In this document: in pieces, positions 25,629-34,230 of the stretch
Layout of the letters: every line of letters begins with the position of its first letter
Numbering within the stretch: position 1 is the first letter of the stretch
Assembly: GCA_021731165.1 (NCBI GenBank)
Contig: JAKFXY010000012.1
Span: 10,717-74,716, forward strand
Direction of reading: 5' to 3'
Length of the DNA: 64,000 nt
Source of the DNA: Acidobacteriota bacterium
GTDB taxonomy: Bacteria; Acidobacteriota; Vicinamibacteria; Vicinamibacterales; UBA2999
The notes under the pieces: generated by a model
Seen by the model: the letters and a program-made list of their open reading frames with translations, nothing else
Told to the model about the DNA's origin: nothing
The model's database searches: none
Translations under genes and position numbers: made by a program

Positions 25629-27143
25629 TCACGGCACTGCCGCGAACGCGGCTCGCCCTGCGTCCCAGTTGAATGTACAAGTCGGCGACGCAGTCGCCGA
25701 CAGTGTGAGTCCGGTGTTCGCGAATGCGACGTCGGCGCCGTTCCGGAGTACGTAGGCACCCTCGATGGTGTCGGGCAGCCCCCGGATACCGACCGTGCCA
25801 CACGCACGCAACCTGCCGTCCGCGCGAGCAGCGTTCAACAGAACATCACGCGCGGCGGCCGCCTCTTGCCAGTACTGCTGATGCTCCCTGGCACCCATAG
25901 TGCCGAAGAGAATCAGCACGGCTATCGCAGCCGTTCCAAGCCTCCGCCCGCCCGCGCTCCCGGTCTGGCTGACCATCGTGACCAGCAGCAGCGCGCACCC
26001 AACCGCTGGCAAGTACAGATATCGCGAACCCTGTAGATCGGGAGCAACGAAGAAGAATGTCACTGCCGGCAGGCTCCCAAGCAGCAGCCACGCGGCCGCG
26101 GCCGTCACACTCCGCGATGCTCCAGCCGCAGACCGCGTTACGAAGAACGTGGCGGCTACCCCGATCGTGAGACACGCGCCGGCGACTGGGATCCACGGCC
26201 ACGTCCCGATGACCTGACCGTGCCAGGGAACCGCCAGTCCACCTACTGTCCCAAACAGCCATCGCTGAACCAGGTACTTCGTGAGTGGCTGCCGAACCAT
26301 GTCTGACGCCGATAAGAGGCGGACCACGCCCACGCCAGCGAACATGACGGCGAGCCCAGCGACATCGAAGAGCAACGCACGCGGCCATCGCCGAGCCGCC
26401 CACGCATCCAGTGCGACGAGCGCCGGAACAACGACGGCGGTCTCCTTGCACAGTAAGGCCCCAACCGCGCACAAGAGCATTGCGGCGCGGGTCGATCGCT
26501 CCGTGCGTACGGCATAGCGCCGAGCGACGAGGACCGCCGCGAGCACCAGGAGGGTGGCTGTGACATCGAACACACCGGAGGCCCAGGTGACGGCCTCGAC
26601 GGCTGCCGGAAACGTGAGCACGATCAGTCCGGCCGCGAACGTTCCCAACCTGGACATGGCGATCGGCGCGGCGAGTCGTGATGCGAAGAACGCCACCAGC
26701 CCATGCGCAAGGATGTTCAGGAGATGCAGACCGACCAGTCCACCGTGCATTCGCAGGATACCGAACCACGCCAATAGCGGCAGAGGTCGGAAGAACTCGC
26801 TGTGCACGAGTCCGAACCGACCTTCCTGCACACGACCGACCAGCACGAAGTCATCGGACAGTGGTCCAACCCACAAGGACGGCCAGTACAAAGCCAGGGA
26901 TGCCGCGCACCAGATCGCCCACTCGCCGGACGACGCCGCGGCCGTGCGTCGCTCTCCGGCAGGATTTCTGCCGGTCAAGAAGTGCAGCAGCGCGCCGATA
27001 AGGATGAACGCGACGGCCGCGCTCTCCACCTGATATCGGCGAACGTCGAGCCAACCGGAGAGATATGCGGCAGAGAGCAGTGCGACCCGCGCGCCAAGAG
27101 CGACCGTCAGCATACGCAACGGCCACAGCAGCGCCATCCTCAT
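25629..27143 (-). CDS. polytopic membrane protein (about 12 TM), possibly a GT-C type glycosyltransferase; family not recognised
   Basis: 504 aa, hydrophobic throughout with a soluble C-terminal tail of about 90 aa. No motif that I can name with confidence. Confidence 0.5.
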   Translation of the reverse strand: MRMALLWPLRMLTVALGARVALLSAAYLSGWLDVRRYQVESAAVAFILIGALLHFLTGRNPAGERRTAAASSGEWAIWCAASLALYWPSLWVGPLSDDFVLVGRVQEGRFGLVHSEFFRPLPLLAWFGILRMHGGLVGLHLLNILAHGLVAFFASRLAAPIAMSRLGTFAAGLIVLTFPAAVEAVTWASGVFDVTATLLVLAAVLVARRYAVRTERSTRAAMLLCAVGALLCKETAVVVPALVALDAWAARRWPRALLFDVAGLAVMFAGVGVVRLLSASDMVRQPLTKYLVQRWLFGTVGGLAVPWHGQVIGTWPWIPVAGACLTIGVAATFFVTRSAAGASRSVTAAAAWLLLGSLPAVTFFFVAPDLQGSRYLYLPAVGCALLLVTMVSQTGSAGGRRLGTAAIAVLILFGTMGAREHQQYWQEAAAARDVLLNAARADGRLRACGTVGIRGLPDTIEGAYVLRNGADVAFANTGLTLSATASPTCTFNWDAGRAAFAAVP

Positions 27144-27154
27144 TCGCGACTGGT

Positions 27155-27775
27155 TCAGCGCGCGCCGCCCACGCGGTCGGGCAGCGCCTTGTAGTCTTCA
27201 GGTGTGTCCACATCGACGAGGCATCCCTCGTCGTCTACCGGCACGTTGAGAATCTCGGCAGCGTGCGCGCGTACGACCGTCTTGGCTCCGCTTCCGAGCG
27301 GCGCGTCGTGCAACTCGCCAAAGAGCTGTCGATCGAAAATCACGGGGTGGCCATGGCGGTCGCCGATGGCGGGACGAACGATTGGTGCACGCGAGGCGCG
27401 CCACGCGTCAACAACCGCACGCACGGTGGACTCGCGCACGAGCGGGACGTCGACGAGTGTCACGAGGAGCCCGTCTGTGGTGGGTCCAACCGCGGCGTCC
27501 ATACCCACGAGTAAAGACGAGAGCTGACCGCGTGACGGATCTGGGTTTCTCGCGAACCTGACCGCCGCGGATGTGCCGTGGGTCACCGCGTCCACGATGT
27601 CTGCATGGGCGGCACCGGTGACCACCACGATGTCGGCAAGCCCCGCGTCGTGCAGAGTCTTCACGACCCGCGCCACGAAGGGACGCCCGTCCGGGTCTGG
27701 CAGGAGCGATTTCTGCGATCCCATGCGCGTTGATTCGCCAGCCGCCAGCACCAGTGCCACGAGCATGGGCATCAT
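27155..27775 (-). CDS. MobA-like NTP transferase (molybdenum cofactor cytidylyl/guanylyl-transferase family)
   Basis: LVLAAGESTRMGSQKSLL nucleotide-binding motif. The start is taken at MMPMLVALV; the ORF track extends to 27811. Confidence 0.75.
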   Translation of the reverse strand: MMPMLVALVLAAGESTRMGSQKSLLPDPDGRPFVARVVKTLHDAGLADIVVVTGAAHADIVDAVTHGTSAAVRFARNPDPSRGQLSSLLVGMDAAVGPTTDGLLVTLVDVPLVRESTVRAVVDAWRASRAPIVRPAIGDRHGHPVIFDRQLFGELHDAPLGSGAKTVVRAHAAEILNVPVDDEGCLVDVDTPEDYKALPDRVGGAR

Positions 27776-27814
27776 CCTAGCAAGTTCAACGGCGCAAAGG
27801 AGTTCGGGCATGCC

Positions 27815-27843
27815 TTGACTTCGCGGGCAGGACTCCCTACACT
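27815..27843 (+). promoter_or_regulatory. sigma70-like promoter for the cold-shock gene (TTGACT-17-TACACT)
   Basis: Hexamers at 27815-27820 and 27838-27843 with a 17-nt spacer. It would give a leader of about 110 nt containing hairpin CCTGGG-gataag-CCCAGG, as is usual for csp genes. Confidence 0.5.
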
Positions 27844-27958
27844 TGCCGAGCTTTTTCGCTAGGCACGCGGGGAATGGCTGTTTTCCTGCTCCGCGAGTCG
27901 GTCGTCGAAGCGCCTGGGGATAAGCCCAGGCTTACGCGCGCATCGGAGGTACACGGTT

Positions 27959-28165
27959 ATGGCGACGGGAACAATCGCACGTCTCCTCATCGACAAGGGG
28001 TTCGGGTTCATCCGCGATGAGGGCGGCATCGAACATTTCTTCCATCGCAGTTCTGTGCGCGGCGCCGTCTTTGAACTGCTGCGCGAGGGCCAGCGAGTGG
28101 AGTTCACCGTGGAGGATTCGGCCAAGGGTCCCCGTGCCGGCGACGTCCGACTGATCGAGAACTGA
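27959..28165 (+). CDS. cspA: cold-shock domain protein
   Basis: RNP1-like KGFGFI and FFHRSSV motifs. 68 aa. Confidence 0.9.
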   Translation: MATGTIARLLIDKGFGFIRDEGGIEHFFHRSSVRGAVFELLREGQRVEFTVEDSAKGPRAGDVRLIEN

Positions 28166-28178
28166 TCATGGCCATACG

Positions 28179-28210
28179 CCCGGCCCCATCCACGCGGGGC
28201 CGGGATGTTT
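28179..28210 (+). terminator. hairpin terminator after csp (CCCGGCCCC-8 nt-GGGGCCGGG, then ATGTTT)
   Basis: 9-bp perfect GC stem 14 nt after the stop. The T tract is weak. Confidence 0.55.
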
Positions 28211-28303
28211 CCCACCTTCTCGGTTCCTGTCCCCCTTACACGACTCGGTTCGGGAACTTCCGTCGCGCGCGCTGAGTACCTCCGTGGCCCACGTCCCATC
28301 CGC

Positions 28304-29020
28304 TCATGAGAACCATCGGCGCCAACCGCTTACGCTGGTCAGTGCGCCGGTCGCCTGATTGAGCGTCAGCACTTCGTCGGCGACGGAGACGGCGAATGTC
28401 CGGTCGGCGGTCAGCACCAGCGTGGCCAATCTTCGTGCCGAGACCACGCGCACGAAATGACCAGCGAACTCAGGGAGGTCGGCGGCCGGCAAAGCGGCGT
28501 TCGGGTGCTCGGCGAGCAGCACTCGCGGGTTGAGCGCAAGCGCGCGAGCGAGCCGGAGCCTCGCCCGAATCCGCGGTTGGAGTGCCGACGTAACCTGCGT
28601 CAGCGCCAGAGGTTCGATACCGACTTCAGCGGCGAGACTGGCCACCGCCGAGCGGATTGGTGCGGGGAGGTCCTCGAGCTCCATTGAGAGCGGGACGGCC
28701 AGGTTCTGCTCCGCCGTCATCTGATCGAGCAGGACGGCACGATCGCTGAGCAACCCGAACTGATCGAGGCCTCGCAGCCAGGCATCGGCGTCCGGGATAT
28801 CCGTCGTCCGCCGGCCGAACGCATGTACGTCCCCGATGTCGGGCACGGCGGCTCCCGTGATCAAGTTGACGATCACTTCGGCCATGACCTCGTCAACGCC
28901 GACGACTGCAATCGTACGCGCCGGGTGCAAATCGAGCCGCTGCACTCGCAGCGGGCGAAGGCCGTGATAGTCCTTCTGCACCCCGCTGAGGGTGACGAGC
29001 GCGCCGGCCTTGTCAGGCAT
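28304..29020 (-). CDS. ABC-ATPase-like protein with degenerate catalytic motifs
   Basis: It aligns by eye with an ABC nucleotide-binding domain. Walker A is replaced by VGVDEVMAEV, the signature LSGGQ by TSALQ, and Walker B LLLADEP by VLLAEHP. The Q-loop region (LLDQMTAEQN) is kept. The start is taken at MPDKAG (29020). Confidence 0.6.
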   Translation of the reverse strand: MPDKAGALVTLSGVQKDYHGLRPLRVQRLDLHPARTIAVVGVDEVMAEVIVNLITGAAVPDIGDVHAFGRRTTDIPDADAWLRGLDQFGLLSDRAVLLDQMTAEQNLAVPLSMELEDLPAPIRSAVASLAAEVGIEPLALTQVTSALQPRIRARLRLARALALNPRVLLAEHPNAALPAADLPEFAGHFVRVVSARRLATLVLTADRTFAVSVADEVLTLNQATGALTSVSGWRRWFS

Positions 29021-29885
29021 TCGGGCGGGCGGCACGCAGACGATGCCACTCATCGAAGGGCAATGCCACGGCTCCCGGCTCGCGGCCGTGCGACGGGTCA
29101 CCGTGATAGTCCGAGCCGCCGGTCATGAGCATCCCAAGCTCCCGTGCACGTCTGGCGTACCGGGCGACAAGCTCCGCGTCGTGATCGGAATGGTAGACCT
29201 CGAGAGCGTCCAGCCCCACGTCGCGCAGAGAGGAAATGCTCTCGTCGATAGACGTCTTTCCGGGATGCGCCAGCGACGCGAGCGCACCGGCGCGGTGCAG
29301 AATCGCGATGACCTCTTCACACGATGCACCCTCGCGCGGAATGAACGCCGGTGCGTCATGGGTCAGCCACCGGTCGAACGCCTCCGAGATGTCGCCCACG
29401 TGCCCCGCCTCTACCATGGCCCGGGCGACCTGAGGCCGGCCGATCGCCCGGCCGGTCTGACGACCGGCCTCGGCGAGCAGCGGACGCACATCGACCGGAA
29501 CACCAAGCTCGGCGAGTCGCTCGGCGATGGCGCGCACGCGCGCTATCCGACGTTCGCGTTGAAGAGCCAAGAACCTGCCAAGCACTTCATCGTTCGGGTC
29601 GGCGAAGTATCCGAGAATGTGGATGTCTCGGCCGCGCTCCACCGCCGTGACCTCGATGCCGCTGATGGCTTCGACACCTCGCTCAACGGCCAGCCCGCGC
29701 ACTTCCGACACCGCCATGGTCGTGTCGTGGTCGGTCACGGCCATGACGGTCACACCGGCCCTGACCGCGCGGTCCACGAGCTGGCCCGGAGTCAGGCGGC
29801 CGTCGGACGCCGTGGTGTGAAGATGGAGATCGACCAAGGTCGAGTGACTAGCGCGCGCCAGCGCGCGGGCTCGCCGACGGTCCAC
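29013..29885 (-). CDS. PHP-domain phosphoesterase (TrpH/YciV-like)
   Basis: VDLHLHTTASDG and MAVTDHDT motifs. The ATG at 29885 overlaps the upstream gene by 38 nt, so the exact start is uncertain. Confidence 0.8.
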   Translation of the reverse strand: MDRRRARALARASHSTLVDLHLHTTASDGRLTPGQLVDRAVRAGVTVMAVTDHDTTMAVSEVRGLAVERGVEAISGIEVTAVERGRDIHILGYFADPNDEVLGRFLALQRERRIARVRAIAERLAELGVPVDVRPLLAEAGRQTGRAIGRPQVARAMVEAGHVGDISEAFDRWLTHDAPAFIPREGASCEEVIAILHRAGALASLAHPGKTSIDESISSLRDVGLDALEVYHSDHDAELVARYARRARELGMLMTGGSDYHGDPSHGREPGAVALPFDEWHRLRAARPNA

Positions 29886-30822
29886 GGCGCGTGCGTCCCT
29901 GGCGCTTCACGAGCGCCCGGTACTCGCGGACCAGCAGATCGAGATGCGTGCGCTCCTCGTCGGCAAACTCGAGGAAGATCTGCTTGCCCTCGGAGTCCTC
30001 GAAGCGCTCGCCGTACTTCTTGAAGAACCGGTGCGAGCCTCGCTCGCAGCGAATGCCGATCATGAGGGCCTGCTGGTCGTTCACGCCCTTCATGAGGCGC
30101 TCGGCCCCCTCGGCGAAGAGACCATGTGCGGCGCCCTTGAAGAAGAGGAATGTCGGCCGAGATTCGAGCTTCGGGTCCCGCTCGAGCAGTTCGTGATACC
30201 GCTCTTCGAGCCGGCCGAGGTGTTCTTGCTCCTCGTGCGCAAGATCCTGAAACACCTTTCGGCCGCGGGCGTCTCTGGTGATCTTGGCTGCGCGCGTGTA
30301 GAACTCCGCGCCGCTGCGCTCGGTGGCGATGGCGATGCGAAGGGCGTCCCGCGCGAACAGCAGGTCCGTCTGCCCGTCCTGGGAAGAGGTGGTGCGTCCC
30401 GTGCGGCATTCGTCGCACGTGCCGTAAATCTGAACCACGCTTTGGGAGACGGTGAAACTGCGCGCGGCCGCGACTTCCTCGACGAGTCCCTCGATGTCGG
30501 AGCTCAGGAACTCGAACGACCGGCTACACGTTTTACAGATGAGATGAAAGTGGCGAGGCTGACGGTACGAGTGCTCGAATCGGAACCGCCCCTCTCCGAA
30601 ATCGACCTTGCGCGCAATGCCGGCATCCACCATCCACTGCAACGTGCGGTACACGGTGGCACGGCTGATCCGCTGATCTTCGCCACGAATCAGATCGACC
30701 AGATCGTCGGCGCTGAGGTGCCCTTCCTGGCGCAGGAAGACATTGACGATCTGTTCCCGCTTGCCGGAACGCTTCCCGCCGGCGGGCTTCAGCCGACTGA
30801 TGTCAGGAAAGGTCGTGAGCAC
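29848..30822 (-). CDS. Fur-family transcriptional regulator fused to a rubrerythrin/ferritin-like diiron domain
   Basis: N-terminal half: ISRATVYRTLQWMVDAGIARKV (winged helix), HFHLICKTC...CDEC (Fur structural Zn site). C-terminal half: ERSGAEFY, HEEQEH, ERGSHRFF, DEERTH (E ... ExxH twice). GTG start at 30822, 1 nt after the erpA stop. Confidence 0.75.
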   Translation of the reverse strand: MLTTFPDISRLKPAGGKRSGKREQIVNVFLRQEGHLSADDLVDLIRGEDQRISRATVYRTLQWMVDAGIARKVDFGEGRFRFEHSYRQPRHFHLICKTCSRSFEFLSSDIEGLVEEVAAARSFTVSQSVVQIYGTCDECRTGRTTSSQDGQTDLLFARDALRIAIATERSGAEFYTRAAKITRDARGRKVFQDLAHEEQEHLGRLEERYHELLERDPKLESRPTFLFFKGAAHGLFAEGAERLMKGVNDQQALMIGIRCERGSHRFFKKYGERFEDSEGKQIFLEFADEERTHLDLLVREYRALVKRQGRTRRGPSASPRAGAR

Positions 30823-30823
30823 A

Positions 30824-31147
30824 TCAGGCGCTGAACGACGAGCCACATCCGCACGTCGAGGTGGCATTCGGATTCTTGATGGTGAAGCCACCGCCGGTGA
30901 CGGTGTCGACGAAATCGACCTCGGCGCCCTTGAGGTAGCTGATGCTGACCGGATCGACGAACAGGCGCACGCCGTTGGATTCGTAGACCTGGTCCGCCGC
31001 CCCGCCTGCCTCCTCGATCATGAGGCCGTACTGGAAACCGGAGCAGCCGCCGCCCTGCACGAACACGCGAAGACCGCTGCCAGCCTTGCCCTCTTCGGTG
31101 AGCAGTTCGTTAATTTTTCCGGCTGCCGTCGGGGACACATTGATCAT
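30824..31147 (-). CDS. erpA: iron-sulfur cluster insertion protein (HesB/IscA/ErpA family)
   Basis: GGGCSGFQYG and a C-terminal CGCGSSF motif. 107 aa. Confidence 0.9.
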   Translation of the reverse strand: MINVSPTAAGKINELLTEEGKAGSGLRVFVQGGGCSGFQYGLMIEEAGGAADQVYESNGVRLFVDPVSISYLKGAEVDFVDTVTGGGFTIKNPNATSTCGCGSSFSA

Positions 31148-31168
31148 GGGGGTAATTCTCCTGGTGAA

Positions 31169-31197
31169 ATTATACAGGCTGCCGAACCACCTTCCAA
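31169..31197 (-). promoter_or_regulatory. sigma70-like promoter of the erpA operon (TTGGAA-17-TATAAT on the minus strand)
   Basis: Plus-strand ATTATA at 31169-31174 and TTCCAA at 31192-31197, with a 17-nt spacer. SD GGAGA precedes the erpA ATG. Confidence 0.5.
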
Positions 31198-31213
31198 TGT
31201 CAGCCGTGGGGCC

Positions 31214-32731
31214 CTAGGCACCAATTCCGGCCAATTCCTTGGCAGATTGCTGCTCGATGTCCTTGTGCAGGCTGTTTCCGTGCGCATCCATCGTCACGAT
31301 TGCCGGAAATTCCTTCACGTCCAGGTGCCACATGGCCTCCGGGGTGCCGAACTCCAGCCATGAGACCCCCGCCACGCCCTGGATCGCCCGGGCATAGAAC
31401 TGGGCAGCCCCGCCGATGGCGTTGAGGTAGACCGCCCCGGCCGCCTGCAGCGCCCCAAGCGTCTTGGCGCCCATGCCCCCTTTGCCGATCACCGCGCGCA
31501 CGCCGTACCGGGTGATGACATCCGCCTGGTACGGCTCCTCGCGAATGCTGGTGGTGGGCCCGGCCGCGGTAATCCGCCAGCCATTCCCGTCCTTCGCGAC
31601 GACCGGACCGCAGTGGTAGATGACGCCGCCACGCAAATCCACCGGCGGCTCGTGGCTCATGAGGTGATGGTGCACGGCGTCGCGGCCGGTATACGCCCGG
31701 CCTGAGAGCAGCACGATGTCGCCCACTTTGAGCTCGCGAACCTGCGCTTCAGAAATTGGCGTCTGCAGCGCCACCTCGCGCCCGGTCCGCTGGAAGCCGG
31801 CTTGATCAGCCATTGAGACAACCGGGCGCGCGGCGTCGCGATAGAGCCATTCCTTGATCAAGCCCGTGCTCGCGTCGAGCACGACGCCAAGCCGCCGAAA
31901 CGCCCAGCAGTCGTAGGCCACCGACACGAAGAAGCTGGCGGGAAGCCGGTTGATTGCGCCGATCTTGCAGCCGATGAGCGACGTCCGCCCGCCGAAACCC
32001 ATGGCGCCGATCCCGAGCGTGTTCACTTCGCCCATGATGGACGCCTCGAGCGCCGCCAGCCGCGGGTCCGTGTTCAGGTCGTCGAGCGTCCGGAAGAGCT
32101 GTTCCTTTGCGTGAACGTAGCCGGATGTGCGGTCGCCCCCGATGGCGACGCCAATCGCGCCGGGCGCGCAGCCCTTGCCCTGCGCGTTCCATACCGCGTG
32201 AAGGATGCACTTGCGAACGCCTTCAAGGGATCGATCGGCCCGACCGAGGTGCGCGAGCTCGGCCGGCAGCGAGTACTGCGCGTTCATGTTCTCGCAGCCG
32301 CCGCCCTTGAGGATGAGCTTCACCTCGATGTCGTCGCGCTCCCACTGCTCGAAGTGGATGATGGGCGTGCCAGGGCCGAGATTGGTGCCCGAGTTCTCGC
32401 CGGTGATGGAGTCAACCGAATTGGGCCTGAGTTTTCCGCGCTTGGTGGCCTCGGCCACCGCCTCCTTGATGTGCTTCTTCAGAACCACCTGGTTGACGCC
32501 CACCGGCGTCTTCACCTCGAAGGTCGGCATGCCAGTGTCCTGACAGATGGCGCCTTCGCACTCGTTGGCCATGTCGATGTTCTGCGCGATGATCGACAGC
32601 GCCTGGGCCGCCTGTGTGCCGGCCGGTTCTTCGGCCATTGCCACCTTCATGGCGGCCCTGACATCCGGCGGCAGATCGGTGGAGGTGCGAACGATCAGCG
32701 ACACGACGCTCTCGAAGAATGAACCAGGCAT
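31214..32731 (-). CDS. class I (Fe-S dependent) fumarate hydratase, fused alpha/beta type
   Basis: The N-terminal region (IAQNIDMANECEGAICQDTGMPTF) and C-terminal beta-domain (YTGRDAVHHHL...IGKGGMG) are typical of the fumarate/tartrate dehydratase family. Start is either ATG 32731 (MPGSFF) or GTG 32770. Confidence 0.85.
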   Translation of the reverse strand: MPGSFFESVVSLIVRTSTDLPPDVRAAMKVAMAEEPAGTQAAQALSIIAQNIDMANECEGAICQDTGMPTFEVKTPVGVNQVVLKKHIKEAVAEATKRGKLRPNSVDSITGENSGTNLGPGTPIIHFEQWERDDIEVKLILKGGGCENMNAQYSLPAELAHLGRADRSLEGVRKCILHAVWNAQGKGCAPGAIGVAIGGDRTSGYVHAKEQLFRTLDDLNTDPRLAALEASIMGEVNTLGIGAMGFGGRTSLIGCKIGAINRLPASFFVSVAYDCWAFRRLGVVLDASTGLIKEWLYRDAARPVVSMADQAGFQRTGREVALQTPISEAQVRELKVGDIVLLSGRAYTGRDAVHHHLMSHEPPVDLRGGVIYHCGPVVAKDGNGWRITAAGPTTSIREEPYQADVITRYGVRAVIGKGGMGAKTLGALQAAGAVYLNAIGGAAQFYARAIQGVAGVSWLEFGTPEAMWHLDVKEFPAIVTMDAHGNSLHKDIEQQSAKELAGIGA

Positions 32732-32787
32732 CCGGACAGTATAATTCCCTCTGTCGAGCGGGGTCCTCACCCTCCTCGACCAGCCAT

Positions 32788-34230
32788 ATGCCGCTCCGGA
32801 TCGAGCGCGATCCTCTCGGAGAACACGCCGTCCCCGCGGACGCGTACTACGGCATTCAGACGGCGCGGGCGGTCGAGAACTTCTCCATCAGCGGTCTGCG
32901 GGCGCCCGCGCACCTCATCACCGCCACCATCCTCATCAAGAAGGCCGCCGCCGAGGCCAACGTCTCGCTGAAGCGGCTCGACGCGCGGGTTGGTGCCGTT
33001 ATCGTGCGGGCCGCCGATGAGATTCTCGCTGGCGCCTTCCGCGACCAGTTCGTCGTGGACATCTACCAGGCGGGCGCCGGCACCTCGCACAACATGAACG
33101 CCAACGAGGTCCTCGCCAATCGAGCCGCGGAGATGCTTGGCGGCGCGCGCGGCGAGTACACGCTCGTTCACCCGAACGACGACGTCAACATGGGCCAGTC
33201 CACCAACGACGTGTATCCCTCGGCGACGCGACTGGCGCTGCTGCTGGGAAATGGGGACCTCGTAGCGGCGGCGCGGGCCCTGGCGACGGCGCTGGATGAC
33301 AAGGCACGGACGTTCGACGGCGTGCTGAAGGTCGGGCGCACCCACCTGCAGGATGCCGTACCGATGACGCTTGGACAGGAATTCGGAGGGTATGCCGCGT
33401 GCATCGATCGCGGCGCCGATGACGTCGAGCGAGCGTCGTACCAGCTGCGTGAACTGAACCTCGGAGCCACGGCTGTCGGCACCGGCCTGAATGCAGGCGA
33501 CGACTATACCCGGCTTGCGATCGAAAACCTGCGCCGCTTCACCGGACTGGAGCTCATGCCTCCGGCGAACCGATTTCGCGTGACGCAGAGCATGGGGGAC
33601 GTCCTCGCCTATTCGGGGGCCATGCGCCGCCTGGCGGTGGAGCTTTCCAAGATCGCCAGCGACCTGCGTCTATTGAGCATGGGGCCGCGTGCTGGACTAA
33701 GCGAGATCGCGCTGCCTGCCGTGCAGCCGGGCTCCTCGATCATGCCTGGAAAGGTCAACCCGTCGATCCCCGAGATGGTGAACCAGGTCTGCTTCCAGGT
33801 GATCGGGTGCGACGTGACGATCTGCACGGCAGCGGAGGCGGGCCAGCTCGAGCTGAACGTCATGATGCCGGTCATCGCCTGGAACGCACTCCATGCAGCA
33901 ATGATTCTGCGCGAAGCCATGCGCGCGCTGAAGTCGCGCTGCGTCGATGGCATCGAGTCAGACGCGGCGCGCTGCCGCGAACTGCTCGACCGCAGCACCG
34001 CGGCGGCCACCGCGCTCAATCCGTACATCGGATACGCGAAGACCGCGGAAGTCGCAAAGGAGTCGGTGCGTTCGGGCAAGCCGATCCGGCAGATCGTCCT
34101 CGAACGCGGCCTGCTCGACGCCGCGACCCTGGACCGCGTGCTCTCCGTGGAAGGGCTCACACTGCCCGGCATCGCCGGGCAAGAGCGGACAGTGCCCGGC
34201 ATCGGCGGGCGCCAGGAGAAACCTTCGTGA
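32788..34230 (+). CDS. aspA: aspartate ammonia-lyase (class II fumarase/aspartase family)
   Basis: GSSIMPGKVNP signature. IERDPLGEHAVPADAYYGIQTARAVENFSISG and YQAGAGTSHNMNANEVLANRA resemble aspartase rather than FumC. Start at MPLRIE. Confidence 0.8.
   Translation: MPLRIERDPLGEHAVPADAYYGIQTARAVENFSISGLRAPAHLITATILIKKAAAEANVSLKRLDARVGAVIVRAADEILAGAFRDQFVVDIYQAGAGTSHNMNANEVLANRAAEMLGGARGEYTLVHPNDDVNMGQSTNDVYPSATRLALLLGNGDLVAAARALATALDDKARTFDGVLKVGRTHLQDAVPMTLGQEFGGYAACIDRGADDVERASYQLRELNLGATAVGTGLNAGDDYTRLAIENLRRFTGLELMPPANRFRVTQSMGDVLAYSGAMRRLAVELSKIASDLRLLSMGPRAGLSEIALPAVQPGSSIMPGKVNPSIPEMVNQVCFQVIGCDVTICTAAEAGQLELNVMMPVIAWNALHAAMILREAMRALKSRCVDGIESDAARCRELLDRSTAAATALNPYIGYAKTAEVAKESVRSGKPIRQIVLERGLLDAATLDRVLSVEGLTLPGIAGQERTVPGIGGRQEKPS

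Noticed and set aside
30823-30891. Upstream ATG starts (30891, 30867) for the Fur-rubrerythrin fusion
   Set aside because: They would overlap the 3' end of erpA by 44-68 nt. A GTG at 30822, 1 nt after the erpA stop, gives the usual tight coupling. The Fur homology starts well downstream of either.
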